A DNA stretch of 32,000 nt, from assembly GCF_026342035.1 (NCBI RefSeq), contig NZ_JAPENM010000011.1, positions 96,989-128,988 of the forward strand, in the 5' to 3' direction. This stretch comes from Aldersonia sp. NBC_00410. Lineage in GTDB: Bacteria; Actinomycetota; Actinomycetes; Mycobacteriales; Mycobacteriaceae. The first letter of the stretch is position 1, and the number at the start of each line of letters is the position of its first letter. The notes under the pieces were generated by a model that saw only the letters and a list, made by a program, of their open reading frames with translations, did not search any database and was not told the origin of the DNA. The position numbers and the translations under genes were made by a program. Of the stretch, positions 19,303-28,927 are shown one piece after another.

Positions 19303-19983
19303 TCACGCTTCGAAGCGGTAGCCCATCCCCGCCTCGGTGAGCAGATGTTTAGGGTGTGACGGGTCATCCTCCAGCTTCCGCCGCAGCTGCGCGAGGTACA
19401 CCCGCAGGTAGTGGCCCTCGTTGGCATAGGCCTGGCCCCACACCTCCTGCAGCAACTCCCGGCGACCGACGAGCTTGCCGCGGTTGCGCACGAGCATCTC
19501 GAGGATGCCCCACTCGGTCGGGGTCAAGTGCACATCCGTGCCTGCTTTGGTGACCTTCTTCGCGGCAAGATCCACCGTGAACGACTCGGTCGCGACGACC
19601 GGCTCGTCCGTGTCCGCGGCCACCGACCCGCGCCGCACCGCGGCGCGTAACCGCGCGAGGAATTCGTCCATGCCGAACGGTTTGGTGACGTAGTCGTCGG
19701 CGCCCGCGTCGAGCGCCTCCACCTTGTCGGCGGAGTCGGTGCGCGCGGACAGCACGATAACCGGTGCAGCACACCAGCCACGCAGTCCCGCGAGCACCTC
19801 GACGCCGTCCATGTCCGGCAGGCCGAGATCCAGAATGATCACATCCGGGCTCTTTTCCGCGGCCGCCCGCAAAGCGCCCGCGCCGGATGCCGCGGTTGTC
19901 ACGTCGTAACCCCGGACGGACAGGTTGATCCGCAACGCACGCAGGATCTGCGGCTCGTCGTCGATCACCAGCACTCGCGTCAC
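19303..19983 (-). CDS. kdpE: OmpR-family response regulator KdpE
   Basis: 226 aa with a receiver domain (VLVIDDEP...DVIILDLGLPDMDG) and a winged helix (LTPTEWGILEMLV...YLRVYLAQLRRKLE...GMGYRF). GTGA overlap with kdpD. Confidence 0.93.
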   Translation of the reverse strand: MTRVLVIDDEPQILRALRINLSVRGYDVTTAASGAGALRAAAEKSPDVIILDLGLPDMDGVEVLAGLRGWCAAPVIVLSARTDSADKVEALDAGADDYVTKPFGMDEFLARLRAAVRRGSVAADTDEPVVATESFTVDLAAKKVTKAGTDVHLTPTEWGILEMLVRNRGKLVGRRELLQEVWGQAYANEGHYLRVYLAQLRRKLEDDPSHPKHLLTEAGMGYRFEA

Positions 19984-22538
19984 GGTGCGTCCTCGATCCG
20001 GCCGAGCGGATTGCCGGCGGCGAGTTCCACCACGATGGTCAGCCCGCCACCGGGGGTATCGGTGGCTGTCACGGTGCCGCCCATCGCCTCGACGAACCCG
20101 CGCACCACCGAAAGCCCGAGCCCGACGCCGGTGCTGTTGTCGCGGTCGCCGAGGCGCTGGAACGCGTCGAACATCTGCTCCTGCTCATCGCGCGGTATGC
20201 CCGGACCCTCGTCCGCGACGGTGATGAGCACCCGGTTCCCGGTCTGCGCCGCCGCCACCCGGACCTTGCCCGCCGGTGCGTACTGCAGCGCGTTCTCCAC
20301 GAGATTCGCCAAGACCCGCTCGAGCAGGCCGGCGTCGGCGAGCACGCAGGCGTCGCCGACGTCCACTTCGACGCGGTCGAGGGACGGTCGCAGCCGGCTC
20401 GCGCCGGTGCCGATGCCGAGGAGCACCCGGTGGATGGCTTCGTCCACGTAAACGCGCCGGAGTTCCGGCCGGACCACCCCCGCCGCGAGCCGCGTCGTAT
20501 CGAGCAGGTTACCGACGAGCGCGGTGAGCTGGTCGGTCGATTCCTCCACGGTGGCAAGGAGTTCGGCGGTGTCGTCGGGGGAGAATTCGACGTCGTGACT
20601 GCGCAGGCTCGAGACGGCCGCCTTCACCGCGGCCAGTGGCGTGCGCAGGTCGTGGCTCACCGCCGACAGCAGCGAACGGCGTAGCCGGTCGGCCTCGGCC
20701 AGCGCCGCCGCCGAGGCCGCCTCGTCGGCGAGCTGCCGCTGCCGGATCAGCCCGACGGCCTGATTGGCGACGGCGTTCAGGACCCGGCGGTCGCGGGCAG
20801 GCAACTCGGCGCCGCCCAGCAGCAGGAAATAGTCGCCCTCACCGACCTCGATCGCGGTGTCCGCGTCCGCCGGCGTGCTCGGCGGGTCGGTGCCGACGGA
20901 GGCTATCGCCCCCTCGGCTCGGCCGACGATCGACACCGCACGCTGCGAATACGTCTCGCGCACCCGCTCCAACAGCCCGGGCAGGTCCGCGCCGCGCAGC
21001 ACCGAACCGGCGAACAATGCCAGTAGCTCGGCCTCCTGCGAGGCGCGGCGCGCCTGCGCGGCGCGTTTCGCCGCGCTGTCGACGAGCGCGGCCACCGCCA
21101 CCGCCACCGCCAGCAGCACCAGCACCGTGACGAAGCTGTCCGGCTCGGCGATCGTCAGGCTGTGGCGCGGGTCGACGAAGAAGAAGTTGAGCATGGCGCC
21201 GGAGATCAGCGCCGACAACACCGCAGGTCCGATGCCGCCGAGCAGCGCAACGAGCAGCACCACCACGAAGAACACCGCGCTCTCGCCGCCGAGATCCAGG
21301 ATCCCGTCGAGGAACAGCGCGGTCACGGCGCACGCGACCAAGGGCACGACGATCGCCGCGAGCCACGCGAACACCCGGCGCTCCTTGGGTGCGAGGGAGG
21401 CGAACCGGAATCCGGTGCGTGCCTCTTCGTGCGTGACCATGTGCACGTCGATCTTGCCCGACTGTTGCAGGGTGGCCGCGCCGATGCCCTCGTCGAAAAT
21501 CCGGGCCCAGCGCGATCGGCGCGAAGTACCGAGCACCAACTGGGTGGCATTCACATCCCGGGCGAACTCCAGCAGGCTGGTGGGCACATCATCGCCGACG
21601 ATGCTGTGCACGGTCGCGCCGAGGCTGGACGCGATCCCGCGCACCTTGCCCATTTTCGGCGCAGAGACCCCGGCGAGTCCGTCGCCGCGCACGACGTGCA
21701 CCACCATCAGTTCCGCGCTCGATTTCGACGCGATCCGGCTCGCGCGCCGCAGCAGCGTCTCGGATTCCGCGCCGCCCGTCACGGCGACCACCACCCGTTC
21801 CCGGGCCTCCCAGGTGTCGGTGATGTCCTTCTCCGCGCGATACTTTGCCAGAGCGGCGTCGACCTGATCGGCCAGCCAGAGCAAGGCCAGCTCCCGCAAC
21901 GCGGTCAGGTTGCCCGGCCGGAAGTAGTTGCTCAGCGCGGCGTCGACCTTCTCGGGGCCATAGACATTGCCGTGCGCGAGCCGGCGCCGCAGCGCTTCCG
22001 GGGTGATGTCCACCAGTTCCACCTGCGCCGCGCCGCGCACCACCTCGTCGGGCACCGTCTCCTGCTGCACGACCCCCGTGATCTGTTGCACCACATCGTT
22101 GAGACTCTCGAGGTGCTGCACGTTGACAGTGCTGATCACCGTAATGCCCGCGGCGAGCAGCTCTTCCACGTCCTGCCACCGCTTGGGGTTCGCGCTGCCC
22201 GGGGTGTTGGTGTGCGCGAGCTCGTCGACCAGCACCACCGTAGGTCTGCGCCGCAGCACCGACGGCACATCCAGCTCCGGCATCCGGGTACCGCGATAAG
22301 GCACGAAACGCGGTGGGATCATCTCGATTCCGTCGAGCAGCTCGAGGGTCTTCGTGCGCCCGTGCGCTTCCACGACTGCTGCGACCAGATCGGTACCGCG
22401 CTCGAGTCGGCGATGTGCCTCGCCGAGCATCGCGTAGGTCTTGCCGACCCCCGGTGCGGCACCGAGGTAGATCCGCAGCTCGCCCCGTTTGGGTTTGTCC
22501 GACAAGCTCACACCTAGATCATCCACCGAGCGGAGCAT
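19980..22538 (-). CDS. kdpD: sensor histidine kinase KdpD
   Basis: Contains the KdpD N-terminal domain (GELRIYLGAAPGVGKTYAML), a Usp-like region, a TM cluster, HisKA (SAVSHDLRTPL) and HATPase_c. ATG 22538 is chosen (20-nt overlap with kdpC); GTG 22511 is an alternative. The 977-aa track ORF extension runs through kdpC. Confidence 0.9.
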   Translation of the reverse strand: MLRSVDDLGVSLSDKPKRGELRIYLGAAPGVGKTYAMLGEAHRRLERGTDLVAAVVEAHGRTKTLELLDGIEMIPPRFVPYRGTRMPELDVPSVLRRRPTVVLVDELAHTNTPGSANPKRWQDVEELLAAGITVISTVNVQHLESLNDVVQQITGVVQQETVPDEVVRGAAQVELVDITPEALRRRLAHGNVYGPEKVDAALSNYFRPGNLTALRELALLWLADQVDAALAKYRAEKDITDTWEARERVVVAVTGGAESETLLRRASRIASKSSAELMVVHVVRGDGLAGVSAPKMGKVRGIASSLGATVHSIVGDDVPTSLLEFARDVNATQLVLGTSRRSRWARIFDEGIGAATLQQSGKIDVHMVTHEEARTGFRFASLAPKERRVFAWLAAIVVPLVACAVTALFLDGILDLGGESAVFFVVVLLVALLGGIGPAVLSALISGAMLNFFFVDPRHSLTIAEPDSFVTVLVLLAVAVAVAALVDSAAKRAAQARRASQEAELLALFAGSVLRGADLPGLLERVRETYSQRAVSIVGRAEGAIASVGTDPPSTPADADTAIEVGEGDYFLLLGGAELPARDRRVLNAVANQAVGLIRQRQLADEAASAAALAEADRLRRSLLSAVSHDLRTPLAAVKAAVSSLRSHDVEFSPDDTAELLATVEESTDQLTALVGNLLDTTRLAAGVVRPELRRVYVDEAIHRVLLGIGTGASRLRPSLDRVEVDVGDACVLADAGLLERVLANLVENALQYAPAGKVRVAAAQTGNRVLITVADEGPGIPRDEQEQMFDAFQRLGDRDNSTGVGLGLSVVRGFVEAMGGTVTATDTPGGGLTIVVELAAGNPLGRIEDAP

Positions 22539-23193
22539 GCGGAGCGACGTTGTGACCGCATTCGGGCGCGGCGTGCCCGAGCGCGAGATTGAGTTCGGGC
22601 ACATCGACGCGCTCTGCCCCGAGGAACCCCAACGTGCGGGTCGAGGTGTGCTCTTCGACCAACTGCCGCACCCGGTCCTCCGCCATGCCGTTGACCCGCG
22701 CCACCCGCGGCACCTGGATCGCGGCGTACGCCGGACTGATCTGCGGATCGAGCCCGGAGCCGGATCCGGTGACCGCGTCCGCGGGAACGGCGGACGGATC
22801 GACGCCGTCGCGTTCGGCGATCGCCATGCGGCGCTGCGCGACGAAGTCGGCGAGCGTCTCACTGCTCGGCCCGAGATTCGACGCCGCCGACGCGGCCGGG
22901 TCGCCGGTGGCAAACGGGTCCTGGTCCGCCACCGAGCCGAGCACCCGCGCGTGGAAGAACGGATCGGGTTCCCCGGCCGGGACCTGCGGGTCGATTCCGA
23001 TCAATCGGCTACCGACTACGCAACCGTTGGCGTCTGCGAGCGCCGACCCCTCGGCGGCGCTCGCGTCGATCCGGCTCACGGTCCACACTGCCGCGGGATA
23101 GCCGATGCCGAGCACGAGCGTGAGCGCGAGCATTACCAGTAATCCGGCCCACGTTTGCCGGAGCAGTCCGATGACGAATCGCATTTCGATCAC
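22519..23193 (-). CDS. kdpC: K+-transporting ATPase subunit KdpC
   Basis: 224 aa with an N-terminal TM anchor ([19 protein letters not shown]) and the [11 protein letters not shown] motif. GTG 23193 overlaps the kdpB stop (GTGA); ATG 23184 is an alternative. Confidence 0.9.
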   Translation of the reverse strand: MIEMRFVIGLLRQTWAGLLVMLALTLVLGIGYPAAVWTVSRIDASAAEGSALADANGCVVGSRLIGIDPQVPAGEPDPFFHARVLGSVADQDPFATGDPAASAASNLGPSSETLADFVAQRRMAIAERDGVDPSAVPADAVTGSGSGLDPQISPAYAAIQVPRVARVNGMAEDRVRQLVEEHTSTRTLGFLGAERVDVPELNLALGHAAPECGHNVAPHAPLGG

Positions 23194-25313
23194 CCGATCC
23201 CAGGAATGAGACGGACGACGAGGTCGATCGCCCAGATGCCGATGAACGGCGTGATGACCCCACCGATGCCGTAGATCAACAGGTTTCGCCCCAGCAGCGC
23301 CGAGGCCGACGACGGCCGGTAGCGAACGCCGCGCAGCGACAACGGAATCAGCGCGACGATCACGAGCGCATTGAAGATGACCGCGGACAGGATCGCCGAC
23401 TCCGGTGTCGCGAGACGCATGATGTTGAGCGTGTCCAGTTGCGGATAGATGGCACTGAACAGCGCCGGCAGGATCGCGAAGTATTTCGCGAGGTCGTTGG
23501 CCAGCGAAAACGTGGTCAACGCGCCGCGGGTGATCAGCAGTTGCTTGCCGATCTGCACGATCTCGATGAGCTTGGTCGGGTCGGAGTCAAGGTCGACCAT
23601 GTTCCCGGCTTCTTTGGCGGCCGAGGTGCCCGTGTTCATCGCCACGCCGACGTCCGACTGGGCAAGGGCGGGAGCGTCATTGGTGCCGTCACCGGTCATG
23701 GCGACGAGGCGCCCACCCTCCTGCTCGCGCCGGATCAGCGCGAGCTTGTCCTCGGGCGTCGCCTCGGCCAAGAAATCGTCCACCCCGGCCTGCGCGGCGA
23801 TCACCTTGGCGGTGAGCGGGTTGTCGCCGGTAATCATCACGGTGCGAATACCCATAGCCCGCAACTGCGCGAACCGCTCGGCAATGCCCGGCTTCACCAC
23901 ATCCGATAGCTCGATCACGCCGAGGATGCGGACCGCATCGCCGGCGGACCTCGCGACCACAAGGGGAGTGCCACCGCGGCCGGCGATGTCGTCCACCGTG
24001 TCGGGAATCGATGCGGCAACTTCCCCGGCGCGCTCACGCACCCAGGCCAGCACGGAATCGGACGCACCCTTGCGGATTTCGGTGCCGTCGAGGTTCAGCC
24101 CGCTCATCCGTGTCGTCGCGGTGAACGCGACGAACCCGCCGACGCTCTCGGCCTCGCTCGGATACGGGTCGAGGTGGGACTGCTCCGCGCAGAGCGCCAC
24201 GATGCTGCGCCCCTCCGGGGTCGAGTCGGCCAGGCTGGACAGTCGTGCGGCAACGGACAATTCGTCGGCGCTCACCCCGGGCGCGGGATGCAGGGCCGTG
24301 GCCATCCGGTTCCCGTAGGTGATGGTGCCGGTCTTGTCCATCAGCAGCGTGTCGATGTCGCCCGCCGCCTCGACCGCACGTCCGGACATCGCGAGCACGT
24401 TGCGCTGCACCAGTCGGTCCATCCCGGCGATGCCGATCGCGGAGAGCAGCGCTCCGATGGTGGTGGGGATCAGGCACACCAGCAATGCGATCAGCTTCAC
24501 CGGATCGGGTGCGCTACCCGCGTATTGGCCCATCGGCCCGATCGCGACGACCGCGAACACGAAGATGATCGTCAGCGCGGCGAGCAGGATGTTCAGTGCG
24601 ATCTCGTTCGGGGTCTTCTGCCGCGCGGCGCCTTCCACCAGCGCGATCATCCGGTCCACGAAGGACTCTCCGGGTGCCGCGGTGATCTGCACGACGATCC
24701 GGTCGGAGAGCACGGTGGTGCCGCCGGTGACCGCGCACCGGTCACCGCCCGATTCCCGGATCACCGGCGCCGATTCACCGGTGATCGCGGACTCGTCGAC
24801 GGTGGCGATGCCCTCGATTACGTCACCGTCGCCGGGAATCACCTCGCCCGCCGCCACCGCGACTCGGTCACCCGGGCGCAGTGCGGTTCCGGAAATCTCC
24901 TCGGTCCGGCCGTCCGTGCCGATTCGCCGGGCGACGGTGTCCCGCTTGACCGCGCGCAGACTGGCGGCCTGCGCCTTGCCGCGGCCCTCCGCGACCGACT
25001 CGGCGAGGTTGGCGAACAGCACGGTGAACCACAGCCACACCGCGATCAACCAGGTGAACAGAGTCGGTTCTGCCACTGCGTAGGCGGTGGTTATCACCGA
25101 CCCGACCCAGACCACGAACATCACCGGATTGCGGGCCATATGACGGGGATTCAGCTTGCGGGCCGCGCCGGGCAGCGACGTCCACAACTGATGGGGATCG
25201 AACACACCCGCGGCGACCGGCGACACCCCATGGTGGCCCGCATCGTCACGAGCCCGTGCCGCCGAGGTCGGCAGCCCACCGACCCGGTCGGCCCGTTCGA
25301 CGGTCGAACTCAT
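23190..25313 (-). CDS. kdpB: K+-transporting P-type ATPase subunit KdpB
   Basis: 707 aa from ATG 25313 (ATGA overlap with the kdpA stop). P-type motifs [19 protein letters not shown] and [18 protein letters not shown] are present. The track ORF N-terminal extension overlaps kdpA. Confidence 0.95.
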   Translation of the reverse strand: MSSTVERADRVGGLPTSAARARDDAGHHGVSPVAAGVFDPHQLWTSLPGAARKLNPRHMARNPVMFVVWVGSVITTAYAVAEPTLFTWLIAVWLWFTVLFANLAESVAEGRGKAQAASLRAVKRDTVARRIGTDGRTEEISGTALRPGDRVAVAAGEVIPGDGDVIEGIATVDESAITGESAPVIRESGGDRCAVTGGTTVLSDRIVVQITAAPGESFVDRMIALVEGAARQKTPNEIALNILLAALTIIFVFAVVAIGPMGQYAGSAPDPVKLIALLVCLIPTTIGALLSAIGIAGMDRLVQRNVLAMSGRAVEAAGDIDTLLMDKTGTITYGNRMATALHPAPGVSADELSVAARLSSLADSTPEGRSIVALCAEQSHLDPYPSEAESVGGFVAFTATTRMSGLNLDGTEIRKGASDSVLAWVRERAGEVAASIPDTVDDIAGRGGTPLVVARSAGDAVRILGVIELSDVVKPGIAERFAQLRAMGIRTVMITGDNPLTAKVIAAQAGVDDFLAEATPEDKLALIRREQEGGRLVAMTGDGTNDAPALAQSDVGVAMNTGTSAAKEAGNMVDLDSDPTKLIEIVQIGKQLLITRGALTTFSLANDLAKYFAILPALFSAIYPQLDTLNIMRLATPESAILSAVIFNALVIVALIPLSLRGVRYRPSSASALLGRNLLIYGIGGVITPFIGIWAIDLVVRLIPGIG

Positions 25314-26995
25314 TGCAGTGCCTCCGCTATCGGTCCCAGCGCAAGCGCGGGGAAGAAGGTGAGCGCCGCGACCAGTGCGACGGTGCCGGTGAGCAGGCCG
25401 ACGAACATTCGGCCGTTCGTGGGCAGGGTGCCCGGTCCGGCCGGGTGCGGGGTCTGGGTCGCGAGCGAACCGGCCAGTGCCAGTACGAGAATGATCGGCA
25501 GGAACCGGCCGAGCAGCATGGCGACGCCGAGCGAGGACTGGAACCAGTCGCTCGTCACAGTAAGCCCGCCGAACGCACTGCCGTTGTTGTTCGAGGCGGA
25601 TGCGTAGGCGTAGAGCACTTCGCTGAACCCGTGAATCGACCCGGGCGCTCCGGGTGGGCCACTGTTGCCCTGGAAACCGGTGGTGGAGGACAGGATCACG
25701 GTGATCGCCGTACCCGTCAGCACCAGCGCGGGCATCACCAACACGGATAGCGCGGCGAGCGTGATTTCCCGCTGGCGCAGCTTCTTTCCGAGGTATTCGG
25801 GCGTGCGCCCGACCAGCAGTCCCCCGACGAACACCGCGATCAGTGCGAGCACGAGAATGCCGTACAACCCGGTACCGACTCCGCCCGGCGCGATCTCGCC
25901 GAGCAGGATGTTGAGCAGCAATGCGCCGCCACCCCACGCCGAGTAGCTGTCGTGGAAGGAATTCACCGCACCGGTCGAAGTGCCGGTGGTGCTCACCGCG
26001 AACAGCACCGAGCCGGGGATCCCGAAGCGAACGTCCTTGCCCTCCATCATGGCGCCGGCCGCCTGCGCCGCGATCCCCCGGGTGTTCGACTCGGCCCAGA
26101 GGGTGAACGCGAGCAGGCCGGCCCAGATGATGCCCATCACGGTCAGCAATGTGAGGCCCTGGCGGCGGTTGCCGACCATCGTGCCGAACGTGCGGGTAAG
26201 GCAGACCGGGATCAGCAGGATCGCAATTACCTGCACGATGTTGCTGATCGGGGTTGGGTTCTCGAACGGATGCGCCGAGTTGGTGTTGAAGATGCCACCG
26301 CCGTTGGTGCCGAGTTCCTTGATCGCCTCCTGAGAAGCGGCCGGTGCCAACGCATTTGTCACCGGCGTACCGTCCAATCCGGTCGCGGTGAACCCGCTGT
26401 GGAACGACTGCACGACGCCCTGGGTCAGCAGGACCAGGGCGATCAGAAACGCCAGTGGCAGCAGCACTCGCAGCGTGCCACGAGTGATGTCGACCCAGAA
26501 ATTGCCGATCTCACCGCCCGCCCGGACGCGGACGAGGCCGCGGATCAGCGCGATAGCCACGGACAGTCCGACCGCCGCCGAAACGAAGTTCTGCACCGCG
26601 AGCCCTACCGGTTGGGTGAAGTTGCTCATCGTCGTCTCGGGAACGTAGGACTGCCAGTTGGTGTTCGTGACAAACGAGACCGCGGTGTTGAACGCGACCG
26701 CCGGACTTACTCCGGCGAGGTCACCGTGCAAAGGGAGCACGCCTTGGACGCGTTGCAGCACATAGAGCAACAGCACTCCGGCGAGCGAGAAGCCGAGCAG
26801 GCTCGATGCGTAGCCGAACCAGGTCTGTTCACGCCCGGAGTCGATCCGGCACACGCGATAGAGCAGCGACTCGGCCCGCAGGTCGCGGTCCGAGGTGTAG
26901 ACCTTGGCGATGTAGTCGCCGACCGGGACGTAGGCGATCGCGAGCACGCCGATGACGAGCGCGCTCTGCAGTCCCGCAGCAAGCGCGGGATTCAT
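25310..26995 (-). CDS. kdpA: K+-transporting ATPase subunit KdpA
   Basis: 561 aa polytopic channel-like subunit. N-terminus is [33 protein letters not shown]. Sits in the expected operon position. Confidence 0.95.
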   Translation of the reverse strand: MNPALAAGLQSALVIGVLAIAYVPVGDYIAKVYTSDRDLRAESLLYRVCRIDSGREQTWFGYASSLLGFSLAGVLLLYVLQRVQGVLPLHGDLAGVSPAVAFNTAVSFVTNTNWQSYVPETTMSNFTQPVGLAVQNFVSAAVGLSVAIALIRGLVRVRAGGEIGNFWVDITRGTLRVLLPLAFLIALVLLTQGVVQSFHSGFTATGLDGTPVTNALAPAASQEAIKELGTNGGGIFNTNSAHPFENPTPISNIVQVIAILLIPVCLTRTFGTMVGNRRQGLTLLTVMGIIWAGLLAFTLWAESNTRGIAAQAAGAMMEGKDVRFGIPGSVLFAVSTTGTSTGAVNSFHDSYSAWGGGALLLNILLGEIAPGGVGTGLYGILVLALIAVFVGGLLVGRTPEYLGKKLRQREITLAALSVLVMPALVLTGTAITVILSSTTGFQGNSGPPGAPGSIHGFSEVLYAYASASNNNGSAFGGLTVTSDWFQSSLGVAMLLGRFLPIILVLALAGSLATQTPHPAGPGTLPTNGRMFVGLLTGTVALVAALTFFPALALGPIAEALQ

Positions 26996-26998
26996 GAC

Positions 26999-27097
26999 TC
27001 AGAACCTCTCCGGATCCAGCAGGGCCACCAGGAGATAGAGCACGAGCGCGACCGAGATCGCCAGCAGCAGTGCGCTGATCACACCGGCCGCAGTCAT
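26999..27097 (-). CDS. kdpF: K+-transporting ATPase subunit KdpF (not in the ORF track)
   Basis: 32 codons encoding MTAAGVISALLLAISVALVLYLLVALLDPERF, a single TM helix ending in the KdpF-like LLxPE+F motif. The stop lies 3 nt before the kdpA ATG. Confidence 0.8.
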   Translation of the reverse strand: MTAAGVISALLLAISVALVLYLLVALLDPERF

Positions 27098-27186
27098 TTC
27101 GCGGCCTTGGTGTTCAGTGCGCGCAACAGCAGCGCCAACCCGAAGAACATCGCGAGGGTGAGCAGCACGAATGCAAGGTCGGCCAT
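27094..27186 (-). CDS. 30-codon hydrophobic ORF translationally coupled (ATGA) to kdpF
   Basis: Encodes MADLAFVLLTLAMFFGLALLLRALNTKAAK. 26 of 30 codons end in G/C. A purine-rich GAGAAGGGAAG precedes the ATG. The TGA overlaps the kdpF ATG. It was missed by the 60-aa track cutoff. Confidence 0.5.
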   Translation of the reverse strand: MADLAFVLLTLAMFFGLALLLRALNTKAAK

Positions 27187-27331
27187 CGACTTCCCTTCTC
27201 GACCGACAGGGCGGTTCCCCGTCGCACGCAGCATCGCGCGCGGAGAAGGGCGTGCAGCGGTCGTTGACGGACCCCTGACACGGTGACCTGGAGTCTTGAC
27301 GACTTCTTGATGCCGGTACTACTCGAGCGGG

Positions 27332-28225
27332 TTAGGGGGCCAGCGTGTCGAGCACCTCGTGCGCCCAGCGCATCGACGCAAGAGGGTCCGCATCGGGGTT
27401 CCCGACACTCGGATCGAAGTTCAGGTCGAGGAAGGTCTCCGTGATGCCGGCGCGCGCGAGCTGGTCGAGATCGGCGCGGATCTCGTCGAACGAGCCTGTG
27501 AGTGGTGTCGAGCGCTCGGCATTGCGCAGCACGCCCCGGCAGACGAAGCGCAGCGCGTTCTCGTCTCGCCCGGCCTCGCGCGCCGCCGATTTCACGATCT
27601 CGACCTGTTCGCCGATCTCGGTGAGGTTCGTCCGACTGCTGCTCATCCAGCCGTCCGCGAGCCGGCCCGCGCGCTGCAGCGCCGCGGGTGCGCTGCCGCC
27701 CAGGATGATCGGCGGGTTCGGCTGCTGCACCGGCTTGGGCCGGATGCTCGACCGTGGAATCCGGTAGAACTCGCCGTCGAATTCGACCGGATCGGCGCCC
27801 CACACCGCGTGCAGCGCCGCGACGTACTCGGCGCCCCGCGCGCCGCGTCGTTCGAAGTCGGCACCGGCGGCGACGAACTCGTCGATCGACCAGCCGAGGC
27901 CGAGCCCGGCGTCGAGCCGCCCGTTCGACAGCACATCGAGGGTGGCGAGCTGCTTGCCGAGGATCGCCGGTGCCTGGAACGGCACGTTCACGATGCCCGT
28001 CCCGAGCCGGATCCGCTCGGTTACCGCGGCGGCGAAGCCAAGCGCGGCAATCGGATCGAGCACGCTCGCATACGGTGGACCGAGCGGGGCCGATTCGGCG
28101 ACGAGGATGCGCTGGAAGCTCCACAGCGTCGAGTAGTCGAGCTCCTCGGCGCGGTGCGCAATCTCCACGATGTTGGCCGGCGTCGCCCACGACCCCGACA
28201 CGGGTAGTCCGAATCCGAGTTTCAT
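27332..28225 (-). CDS. LLM-class (luciferase-like) F420-dependent oxidoreductase
   Basis: 297 aa from ATG 28225 (MKLGFGLPVSGSWATP...). It has typical LLM/TIM-barrel features (LDYSTLWSF..., GNGRLDAGLGLGW, ILGGSAPAALQRAGRLADGW). The 605-aa track ORF extension is antisense to the next gene. Confidence 0.85.
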   Translation of the reverse strand: MKLGFGLPVSGSWATPANIVEIAHRAEELDYSTLWSFQRILVAESAPLGPPYASVLDPIAALGFAAAVTERIRLGTGIVNVPFQAPAILGKQLATLDVLSNGRLDAGLGLGWSIDEFVAAGADFERRGARGAEYVAALHAVWGADPVEFDGEFYRIPRSSIRPKPVQQPNPPIILGGSAPAALQRAGRLADGWMSSSRTNLTEIGEQVEIVKSAAREAGRDENALRFVCRGVLRNAERSTPLTGSFDEIRADLDQLARAGITETFLDLNFDPSVGNPDADPLASMRWAHEVLDTLAP

Positions 28226-28345
28226 GCTCCCCACTCTGCCCGCCGACCCGGCACGAACCCAACGGGAACATTCCCGCCGCGCGCCGTATCCAATGTTCAG
28301 CCGCAGCCGATCGGCTCGCGGACCCGACACCGAGGAGTGAAAACA

Positions 28346-28807
28346 ATGACGAACCCCTTCCTTCCGCAGATCCCCAACCTCGACGACCTGCTCGGCGGCG
28401 CGCCGGCCAACGTCTCGATCGACATCCTCGACGGCGTTGTCCAGGGGCAGGCCGGGTTCGACGCCGACGGCGGCGTGGAAGCCTCGGTCGGGGTACCGGG
28501 CGGGCCGGAGCTGTCGTTCGGTGCCGACGGCTACGCCTCGGCCGATGCCGGTATCGCCGCCGAAGGCAGTTACACCCACATCGCGGCCGACGACGGGGGC
28601 CCTGTCGGCGATTCGCTGTCCATCGACACCCTCCATGGCGGGGTGGCCGGCTACGGCGGCGTCGATCTCGGCGGCGGGATCGAGGCCTCGCTCGACATTC
28701 CGGGTGGCCCGGAGCTCGGTCTCGACGGGCAGGGTGAGTTCGGTGCGCACGGTGGCTTCGAGGCCCAGGGCGGCTACACCCACATCGAGACGCACGACGT
28801 CATGTGA
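28346..28807 (+). CDS. acidic Gly/Asp-rich protein with an internal duplication of about 58 aa; unknown family
   Basis: GAGGAG (28332-28337) lies 8 nt before ATG 28346. 153 aa. The repeats are D29-D86 and D97-D154 in track numbering. They share GG(V/I)EAS..(V/I)PGGPEL and G.YTHI..(D/H)D. No signal peptide, TM helix or Cys. Confidence 0.65.
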   Translation: MTNPFLPQIPNLDDLLGGAPANVSIDILDGVVQGQAGFDADGGVEASVGVPGGPELSFGADGYASADAGIAAEGSYTHIAADDGGPVGDSLSIDTLHGGVAGYGGVDLGGGIEASLDIPGGPELGLDGQGEFGAHGGFEAQGGYTHIETHDVM

Positions 28808-28819
28808 GGTGCGGGTTCG

Positions 28820-28909
28820 ATGCGACGCGTCTTCGACGTGTCGGTATCCATGCGACACGTCTTCGACGTGTCGGTATCCATGCGACACGTCTTCGACGTG
28901 TCGGTGAGT
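28820..28909 (+). repeat. 30-bp x3 tandem repeat, each unit holding a 9-bp inverted repeat CGACACGTC-TTC-GACGTGTCG
   Basis: Units lie at 28820-28849, 28850-28879 and 28880-28909. Copy 1 has one substitution (A to G at 28827). Copy 3 diverges only in its last 4 nt. Confidence 0.95.
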
Positions 28910-28920
28910 CGGCGTAGCTT
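28899..28920 (+). promoter_or_regulatory. candidate RecA-independent DNA-damage promoter (RecA-NDp / PafBC-type)
   Basis: TGTCGGTG (28899-28906), then 8 nt, then TAGCTT (28915-28920) fits the mycobacterial consensus tTGTCRgtg-N8-TAnnnT exactly. The -10 ends 7 nt before GTG 28928. Confidence 0.5.
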
Positions 28921-28927
28921 TCTTCCC

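Noticed and set aside
22539-22913. N-terminal extension of the kdpD track ORF; similarly 25314..25937 for kdpB
   Set aside because: The extensions run through kdpC and kdpA in another frame. Conserved KdpD and KdpB N-termini begin at the internal starts next to the upstream stop codons.
28811-28832. tRNA-like GGTTCGA T-loop string (gcgggttcgatgcgacg)
   Set aside because: The flanking bases do not form a T-arm or acceptor stem, and no cloverleaf can be drawn.
28820-28909. CRISPR-like array
   Set aside because: The units are contiguous with no spacers, there are only three copies, and no cas genes are present. It is treated as a tandem regulatory or coding repeat instead.
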